Below are positions 54,152-60,436 of a stretch of DNA of 60,436 nt, in pieces; the stretch's first letter is position 1, and every line of letters starts with the position of its first letter. The notes beneath the pieces were generated by a model. The model was not told the DNA's origin. It saw only the letters and a list, made by a program, of their open reading frames with translations, and searched no databases. Source of the DNA: an uncultured Bacilli bacterium (GTDB lineage Bacteria > Bacillota_I > Bacilli_A > RF39 > UBA660). The stretch spans positions 1-60,436 of the forward strand of contig CAJTLA010000001.1 of NCBI GenBank assembly GCA_910576985.1. The letters are read 5' to 3'. Both the position numbers and the translations under genes were made by a program.

Positions 54152-54238
54152 AGATTTCCTCCTTATATCCATATCAATTATACCATATGGGACAAGTTAT
54201 TTACAACCTTAAGCTTTTGGGATAAAGAAAAAGCCTTT

Positions 54239-54637
54239 TTAGACTTTTTCATCGGCTTCTTTTTTTAGTTGTTCTAATTTATTTAGTACTGTTTTTGGAA
54301 TTGGTAAATTCATTGCTGCACAGTTTTCTAAAATTGAGATACATTCATTTATGACAAAATAATATATCATGAATGTTCTGATAACGCCATTACTGTTGCA
54401 GATTTGATCTACAATAACAGCTACTGCGACTAGACATAAGTAACAAAGTTTTTTTATGAATCCTTTTACTCCTGCTTTTGAGCTAATGGTACCTTTTATA
54501 TAGGCTTTGGCAATCCCTGAGATGCAATCAATTCCAATTGCAATTAGTAATGTAATTAAAGCTGTATCCATGCCACCAAATAGGTAAGTAAATAACATTA
54601 GGAAAGAGCCAGTTATCATTTGAAATGTTTGTTTCAT
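54239..54637 (-). CDS. Holin, Phage_holin_4 (TcdE/toxin-secretion holin) family
   Basis: Sequence GGMDTALITLLIAIGIDCISGIAKAYIKGTISSKAGVKGFIKKLCYL with 3-4 TM segments. The start was set at 54637, after AAAGGAG. Confidence 0.7.
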   Translation of the reverse strand: MKQTFQMITGSFLMLFTYLFGGMDTALITLLIAIGIDCISGIAKAYIKGTISSKAGVKGFIKKLCYLCLVAVAVIVDQICNSNGVIRTFMIYYFVINECISILENCAAMNLPIPKTVLNKLEQLKKEADEKV

Positions 54638-54857
54638 TTTATTTTCTCCTTTCATTATATTGGATGTATTTTTTTATATAATGAAAGATATATACGTGTA
54701 ATTTTAATAAAAAGAGGTTACATTTTAAAACGAGGAGTGTGTATGTTCTAGTTGACAACCAGATTTTTTATGGATTCTTGTTTATAATTACTTACATTTT
54801 TAGGTTTGATATTAACAATCTAATTAAGTTATATCAAAAAAAGATATTACTCATATC

Positions 54858-55268
54858 TTATTTTTCATTTTTTTCTAGTTTGGCTAAAACTTCTTTTGTA
54901 ACTGCGATTGCTTTTTCTCGGATTGCATTTGCAGTATTTTCTAATACTGGAGTTCCTTTTTCTACTGCGTAATCCACTAATTCTTCTGCCATATTTTGAA
55001 TGTCTTTGGCTTTTTTCTTAGCAATTTTTAATACTTTTTCTTTATCTAAATCTGTCATTGCTTCTTTGATTTCAAAGATTTTAGCTTCAATTGTCTCTTT
55101 TACCTCTTCTGCATCTACATCTCTTAATTTATGGATCATTTCATCAAATTTTTCTTTTAATTCTTTTCTTGTTTCACTTCCACTTTTTGGGGCAAATAGG
55201 ACTCCTAGTCCTGCTCCAATCCCTGCACCTAATAAAAACTTTCCTAATCCTGTTTTCTTTTTACTCAT
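54858..55268 (-). CDS. YtxH-domain protein
   Basis: Sequence GKFLLGAGIGAGLGVLFAPKSGSETRKELKEK followed by long helices. Confidence 0.75.
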   Translation of the reverse strand: MSKKKTGLGKFLLGAGIGAGLGVLFAPKSGSETRKELKEKFDEMIHKLRDVDAEEVKETIEAKIFEIKEAMTDLDKEKVLKIAKKKAKDIQNMAEELVDYAVEKGTPVLENTANAIREKAIAVTKEVLAKLEKNEK

Positions 55269-55545
55269 AGTCATCATTTCCTTTCTTTTTTCTTCTAAAA
55301 ATTTTGTTAATGCCATTTACGATAAGGTTAATTGTTTTATCACTAATCATATTTAATGTATCTGCTGTTCTATCAACAATGTCAAAAACTCCATTCAGTT
55401 TTTTCACTTTCATGTCTACTTCATCAACTACTCTGTCAATTTTATCCACAACTTTATTTAATCTTACGATAAATATAATTGATACTACTACTAATATAAT
55501 TAATAATAAATATAATATGATTGGAAGTAGTTCCATTGCTTCCAC
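55261..55545 (-). CDS. DUF948-domain membrane protein
   Basis: N-terminal TM segment plus the helical region VDKIDRVVDEVDMKVKKLNGVFDIVDRTADTL. It shows the usual pairing with a YtxH gene. Confidence 0.7.
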   Translation of the reverse strand: MEAMELLPIILYLLLIILVVVSIIFIVRLNKVVDKIDRVVDEVDMKVKKLNGVFDIVDRTADTLNMISDKTINLIVNGINKIFRRKKKGNDDYE

Positions 55546-56429
55546 TATTCTTCACCATCCTTTTTTTCATACATTGAATCAATTAGATTAAAAAGATCGC
55601 TCTCTGTTAATTCGTCTACTTCTGGTTCACTACAAATCTTATCCATTTCTTCTTCAATCATATTGCTCTCTTCTTTTGTTTCTTCTTCTGTAACAATCTC
55701 TGGTCTATCGTTTACCACAATTTGTTCTAGATCATCTACTTCATTCATCAATTCTAATTCTTTATTTTTTTCTACTCTAGATGGTGTCTTTTCTTGAATT
55801 AATTCTTCTACTTTTGAATCTAATTCATCAAAAAGTTCTAATGTTTCTTCTGGCGTTTCTTCTACTACTTTTTTGTGCCCAAATAATGTTGTTTCTAAAT
55901 CATCTTCTAATGTTCCAAAGGCTTTATTACGAATATCATCAATAGTAAGTTCTCGTTTGCTATAAACTTCATTTACTCTTTTCTTTGGCGTAATATCATC
56001 CTTTTTATAGTTTTTGTCTAAAATTCCATATACAGGCGAAATGATTGGAGTTGGCTTAAATGTTTTTTTATCTTCTTTTACCGTAGTTGCTGTAAGTGCT
56101 GGATTTTTTCCTCCATATGCTTCTTTTTTTTGGATTTTTGGAGGAGTTTTTGGTTTTGGAGCTGGTTTTGGAACTGGCTCTTTTTCTTGTGTTGTAGTTG
56201 TAGTAGGTAATTTATCGAAGTCCTTTTCATCAAAATAAACTGGAAATTTAAATTTTTCTTCTTTTTTTGGTGGTTCTTCTTGTTTTACTTCCTCTTTTTT
56301 TGGTTCTTCTTTTACAGTAGTCTTTGCTGGAGATGGAATTTCTATTTTCCGAATATCAGTTTGAATTGGATTTACTTCCTCTTCGACTTCCTCTGTAAAC
56401 ATGTTTTTTACTTTTTCTAGAAATTTCAT
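55545..56429 (-). CDS. Acidic, Lys/Pro/Glu-rich hypothetical protein
   Basis: Low-complexity KPxPKPK and EE tracts, plus a conserved-looking block ISPVYGILD. The start was moved to the ATG at 56429, after AGGTGA. Confidence 0.5.
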   Translation of the reverse strand: MKFLEKVKNMFTEEVEEEVNPIQTDIRKIEIPSPAKTTVKEEPKKEEVKQEEPPKKEEKFKFPVYFDEKDFDKLPTTTTTQEKEPVPKPAPKPKTPPKIQKKEAYGGKNPALTATTVKEDKKTFKPTPIISPVYGILDKNYKKDDITPKKRVNEVYSKRELTIDDIRNKAFGTLEDDLETTLFGHKKVVEETPEETLELFDELDSKVEELIQEKTPSRVEKNKELELMNEVDDLEQIVVNDRPEIVTEEETKEESNMIEEEMDKICSEPEVDELTESDLFNLIDSMYEKKDGEE

Positions 56430-56440
56430 TATATTCACCT

Positions 56441-57067
56441 CTATTTATTGTTGCTTTCTGCTTCTACATAATTATTGATATTAGAATTTGTATTTTGATC
56501 TGTTGATTCAAATAATTCATATTTTTCTTCTTTGTTGGTAAAATATTCATCATCTAACATTAATTGAATGACATTATGATTGAATTTGACTGTGGATAAA
56601 ATATAGGAGGCATTTAGTATAACATCGTCAATATCTTTTTTATCAACTAGTGATTCGATTTTGGCATAGTTATATGTAAATTTCACTAAATATTTTGATC
56701 CTTCTTTTGTAATTTCTACATATCCTTTTTTATTTTTTGTGTGAATTACCTTTGAATAATATGCTTGTTTATTTTCTTTATATGTTGTTTCTTTTTGGTA
56801 ATAGTAACTAATTGCATCAATATACAAATAATAATAGTTTCCATTAGAATATAATTTGTCATTAAATTCGTCTGTATCTATGTAGATAACACCTCTTGGA
56901 ATATAATATTTATAGCCTTTTCCAATACGATTATAAAGTGTATTCTCTTTGGATAAGATTACATTTATAGTATTGTCAATACTATTCGTATCTATTCGTA
57001 CAGCTGTGCAACCTGTTACAAAAAATATATAAGAAATACAAGCTAATAATAAGATTACTTTTTTCAT
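56441..57067 (-). CDS. Lipoprotein, function unknown
   Basis: Signal peptide with the lipobox FFVTGC. Confidence 0.65.
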   Translation of the reverse strand: MKKVILLLACISYIFFVTGCTAVRIDTNSIDNTINVILSKENTLYNRIGKGYKYYIPRGVIYIDTDEFNDKLYSNGNYYYLYIDAISYYYQKETTYKENKQAYYSKVIHTKNKKGYVEITKEGSKYLVKFTYNYAKIESLVDKKDIDDVILNASYILSTVKFNHNVIQLMLDDEYFTNKEEKYELFESTDQNTNSNINNYVEAESNNK

Positions 57068-57146
57068 CTATTCACCTGCTTACTATGATTATATCAAAAA
57101 ATTAGGAATTGCAAAAGATAAAAGCTAAGAGAAATGTAAAAAAGTG

Positions 57147-57782
57147 TTAAATCTGTTTGCGAACTCTAATTTTATAAATGGGAAATCCTTTTAATGAAAA
57201 TTTTTGTTCATATTCTGTTTCGATGTTATCTTCTAAATTTTCTTCATGTAAATTTAATGAGATTTCTTCTATATGATATTTTAATTCATTAAAGGAGATG
57301 ATTGAATATTCAAATAAATGGCGGTTGTCTGTTTTCATTTCTATTATAATGTCATTTTGAAATAATGATTCATAACGTTTTAAAAAGATAGGGCTTGATA
57401 GTCTTCTATTTTCATGTCTATTTTTTGGCCAAGGGTCAGAAAAGTTTAAATAAATCAAATCAATTTCATGGTCAAATATCGTTTGTATTTCAGTTGCATC
57501 CATTCTAATAAATCGTAAATTAGGAAGTTTTAATTCTTCTGCTTTTTCTATCGCTCTTACAATCACACTATCAAATTTCTCAATTCCAATAAAATTGATA
57601 TTAGGGTTACGTTTGGCTTTTTCTATAATAAAGTGTCCTTTCCCCATTCCGATTTCTATATGAAGAGGAGATTTTTTTTGAAATAGATTCATATAGTTTC
57701 CTCTATGCTGCTCTGGGTTCTTGATCACTATTTCGGCGGATTTTATTTTTTCTTCTGCGCCTTTTACATGTTTTAATCTCAT
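57147..57782 (-). CDS. trmB: tRNA (guanine-N7)-methyltransferase
   Basis: Sequence LHIEIGMGKGHFI...GIEK...LNFSDPWPK. The start was set at 57782, after AAGGTGA. Confidence 0.9.
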   Translation of the reverse strand: MRLKHVKGAEEKIKSAEIVIKNPEQHRGNYMNLFQKKSPLHIEIGMGKGHFIIEKAKRNPNINFIGIEKFDSVIVRAIEKAEELKLPNLRFIRMDATEIQTIFDHEIDLIYLNFSDPWPKNRHENRRLSSPIFLKRYESLFQNDIIIEMKTDNRHLFEYSIISFNELKYHIEEISLNLHEENLEDNIETEYEQKFSLKGFPIYKIRVRKQI

Positions 57783-57867
57783 TTTTATCACCTTATTTAT
57801 TATATCACATTCACCAAAAGAAAATAAACTCATATAATGAATTAGAACAAATAAAGGAGTGTGTAAA

Positions 57868-58182
57868 ATGAAAAAAGACAGAAACTGTGGAGCTAATGTA
57901 GCTTATAATCCTGTTTATCCTACTTATCCTATGATGGGGGGCATGCCTAGTGCGATGCCAGGAATTATGCCTGGGATTCCAAATACAATGCCAATGCCTA
58001 CGATGCCATCATATACGCCAACAGTAAGTCAAGACTATAGCAATGTAGAACAACAATTAAATAATTTATCTTCACAGATCAATAATTTAGAAAGACGTGT
58101 TACTAGATTAGAGAATGCCATGAATACAAGTTCTACTTCTTATAATTCAAAATACAATTCGTCTAATTATCAAATGATGTAA
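57868..58182 (+). CDS. Small Met/Pro-rich protein with a C-terminal coiled coil
   Basis: The ATG at 57868 follows AAAGGAG. The PMMGGMPSAMPGIMPGIPNTMPMPTMP tract is followed by EQQLNNLSSQINNLERRVTRLENAM. Confidence 0.5.
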   Translation: MKKDRNCGANVAYNPVYPTYPMMGGMPSAMPGIMPGIPNTMPMPTMPSYTPTVSQDYSNVEQQLNNLSSQINNLERRVTRLENAMNTSSTSYNSKYNSSNYQMM

Positions 58183-58227
58183 AAAGGTTGTTAGGTTTTT
58201 CTAACAATCTTTTTATTTTGACTGTTT

Positions 58228-60123
58228 TTAGAAGCGACCTCCGCCACTTCCTCCACCAAATGATCCTCCACCACCTGAGAATCCTCCTCCAAATCCTCCA
58301 CCTGAAGAATTTCTAGAGTTGGCGATTGACTGTGCTGAATAAGCGTTATTGACGGCTGTATTTACAGAGCTAGAAATGATATGGTTAAATATCATCATGT
58401 CACGCATCATATGCATATTATAATTTAAATTAATAAGGTCTACTTCATTAAATTCGTTTACTCTAATTTCCATTGTTTTTGCAAGTTTATCTGCACAACC
58501 TAAGCTTACTGCATACACTAAATATTTTTCCCAAAGAACAATTTCTGGTAAGTCTTTTTTGTCTATTTGTCCAAAATCTTCCATAAATTTTTTTAGGGCT
58601 TTCCATTTTAAGTAATGTTCGTTTCCTTTTGGTGTTTTTTTGGTAAATGACATAAAGTAAAATAGTGATATGAGTCCTGCTACGAAACAAATCATTGCGA
58701 TAATCATAGAATACTGGAATGATAGAATTCCGATTCCTATTCCTAGGAAGGAGTATAGACTTGCTTTGGCTTTAATTCCATTTTTTTGTTCATAGAAGTT
58801 TTCTTCTTTGGCTTCTATTGTTGCTTGTGTTTTCCAAGAAGTAAAATCATTAATAAATGAGCTATATCCAGATTTTGCTTTGGATTTTAATCGATTTAAT
58901 GTAATTTCTTGATTATTATCTCTAAATATTAATTGAATTAATTTTTGATCAGATGGTGTTAAAACAGCACTGTTTTCATGATATGTTAGTTTATAATCTT
59001 TTTTGTCTATTTTTTCAAAGACAATTACTTTTTTATAGATTAGATTTAATAGGCAAGCAGATAAGTCATTATTGTTTACATTTTGACGAAATAGATATCC
59101 TACTGTAGAAGGATTATAGTCTGCAGGAAAATCTCTAAAGTATTTTGTTTTAAAAGTACTTTCATATTCTTTGTCATGTTTTTTGTATACATAACGAATT
59201 AAAAATCCTAGTCCTACGATCCAAATGGTTCCTAAAATACCAAGTAAAATCGTTATTATGGTTTTTTTTCTTTTTTCTGCTGCAATTTGTTTTCTAGCTT
59301 CTTCTCTTTCTAAGTTGGCTTGCTCTGCTTTTTCAGTTTCAAGTTCTATAATGGTATTTAATGCGTTTATTTGTGTTGTTTTTTTGGGATTAGTTAACAG
59401 GTTTTTGTCAAAGACAAAACGAGTGTCGATTGCGGTATTGGCATGTAATCCTTCTAGTGTTAAATTTATATGATTTTTTCCGTCTAATTTGATGTCCCCA
59501 ATTAATGGTCCATGGGCCCATGCACGAAGTGTTTCTTTGTTGTTTGGTATATAAATATCGATGTTTAGATAATGAATGCTTTCTCTAAAGTTTTCCCCAA
59601 ATATGTTCCAACCAATTTCAGCAATATCTTGATGACTAATGGCCATGTCTTTGATAATATATTCTAGGTAAAAAAATTTTCTTTCTGATGAAGGGTTAAA
59701 AATTCGATAGCTAACACCATTCATGTTTTTTGATTCTGTATATACTCCAAATTCTCCTGAACTTGCTGAATAAGATTTTGTAAATTTTGTTCCTTTATTT
59801 AACATTTCTTCCCAGCTGATGTTATTTTGAAATGGAATTGCTCTAATCTGAATGAGTTCAATATCAGAGCCATTATAGATATCGCTTCCATTAAAAGATT
59901 CTTTACTTCCTGTAAATTCGTTTAAGTTTGGGTTTTTAAAATAAAGGTCTCTATCCATTCCATTATAAGTTCCGTTCATAGAAAAAGCTTCTTTTACATA
60001 AAGGTCTCCATTTTCTAATACGGTTACATGCATGTTAAAATTCTCAATTCCATATTGTTCTGCTTTTACTCCAAGTGGAAATAAAAATAAAATAAATAAT
60101 AATGCTCCTAAAATTTTTTTCAT
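58228..60123 (-). CDS. DUF2207-domain membrane protein with a Gly-rich C-terminal tail
   Basis: Signal peptide, extracytoplasmic beta-rich domain, TM segments, and the tail GGGFGGGFSGGGGSFGGGSGGGRF typical of the family. An extended -10 TGaTATAAT lies at 60144-60152 on the minus strand. Confidence 0.75.
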   Translation of the reverse strand: MKKILGALLFILFLFPLGVKAEQYGIENFNMHVTVLENGDLYVKEAFSMNGTYNGMDRDLYFKNPNLNEFTGSKESFNGSDIYNGSDIELIQIRAIPFQNNISWEEMLNKGTKFTKSYSASSGEFGVYTESKNMNGVSYRIFNPSSERKFFYLEYIIKDMAISHQDIAEIGWNIFGENFRESIHYLNIDIYIPNNKETLRAWAHGPLIGDIKLDGKNHINLTLEGLHANTAIDTRFVFDKNLLTNPKKTTQINALNTIIELETEKAEQANLEREEARKQIAAEKRKKTIITILLGILGTIWIVGLGFLIRYVYKKHDKEYESTFKTKYFRDFPADYNPSTVGYLFRQNVNNNDLSACLLNLIYKKVIVFEKIDKKDYKLTYHENSAVLTPSDQKLIQLIFRDNNQEITLNRLKSKAKSGYSSFINDFTSWKTQATIEAKEENFYEQKNGIKAKASLYSFLGIGIGILSFQYSMIIAMICFVAGLISLFYFMSFTKKTPKGNEHYLKWKALKKFMEDFGQIDKKDLPEIVLWEKYLVYAVSLGCADKLAKTMEIRVNEFNEVDLINLNYNMHMMRDMMIFNHIISSSVNTAVNNAYSAQSIANSRNSSGGGFGGGFSGGGGSFGGGSGGGRF

Positions 60124-60307
60124 ATTCTCTACCTCACATTATCATTATATCATGTTTCTTTTTTTCTAGCACGAAAAGTTAGTCGTTTTTAATAATCTAG
60201 GGATGATATTTATGGATTCCAAACATATATTTTTCTTGTACTACATTTTTTATTTTGGTTTCTATCATCGTTACTCGTTTGATTATTTGGATCATTAACC
60301 TCAAAAC

Positions 60308-60333
60308 AAAAACAATCTCTATTGAAATTGTCT
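60308..60333. repeat. 26-nt exact repeat, copy 2 (upstream of the DUF2207 gene)
   Basis: Identical to 47063-47088. The flanking sequence is unrelated on both sides. Confidence 0.9.
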
Positions 60334-60436
60334 CAGACTGTTGACAAATAAATAATGCAAAAAGTCTTTAAATTTGAAATGAAATGTATTATAATAGAAA
60401 TGTAAGAACGACCTTATATTACCAAAAAATGGTCAT

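Noticed and set aside
54239-54655. A prophage or lysis cassette around the holin gene.
   Set aside because: No endolysin, spanin, terminase, capsid or integrase gene is nearby, and the flanking genes are housekeeping (gatCAB) and stress proteins.
1-60436. CRISPR arrays, tRNA or rRNA genes, and large tandem repeats.
   Set aside because: No regularly spaced direct repeats, no cloverleaf-like GC-rich islands and no rRNA-like conserved blocks were seen. The only tandem repeat noted is the 15-bp duplication at 43872-43901.

Overview
This is a very AT-rich window from a low-GC Firmicute (inference: a spore-former-like Clostridia or Erysipelotrichia-type chromosome). Almost all genes are on the minus strand. 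Three parts stand out.

**Core genes.**
- spoIVFA/spoIVFB-like genes followed by rplU-prp-rpmA
- uvsE, mutY, and a T-box(Leu)-controlled leuS
- pyk plus a GH31 glycosidase
- ldh, tex, dinB, yfhO, gatCAB and trmB
- several cell-envelope genes

**Decayed defence island (about 14.9-25.8 kb).**
- The left edge is marked by ISL3 and IS256-like transposase scraps.
- It carries a complete Type I R-M operon: hsdM, a half-size hsdS, a full hsdS, a frameshifted tyrosine recombinase, a degraded hsdS cassette and hsdR.
- The hsdS conserved-region repeats are all in direct orientation.
- The right side holds a truncated, non-canonical Fic gene with a VbhA-like mini-ORF, a dead AbiEii toxin, and an intact AbiEi.

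**Best candidate for an undescribed system (25.8-34.9 kb).**
- This is a tightly packed eight-gene operon: VTC (polyphosphate-polymerase-like) protein, DUF4956 membrane protein, exported CotH kinase, membrane-anchored clan-GH-A-like protein, HEAT-repeat membrane protein, processive GT2 synthase, small GH18-like secreted protein, and an HD-GYP phosphodiesterase.
- It has a strong promoter and a leader with a terminator-like attenuator. No known riboswitch motif was recognised in the leader.

**Other points of interest.**
- A degenerate GGDEF (NGNEF) sensor protein
- A translationally coupled 74-aa + 500-aa HExxH/coiled-coil pair
- Tandem membrane-anchored double-thioredoxin paralogues
- An orphan holin
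- An exact 26-nt element upstream of two envelope genes
- An orphan plus-strand terminator in a gene-free gap

No rRNA, tRNA or CRISPR array was seen.
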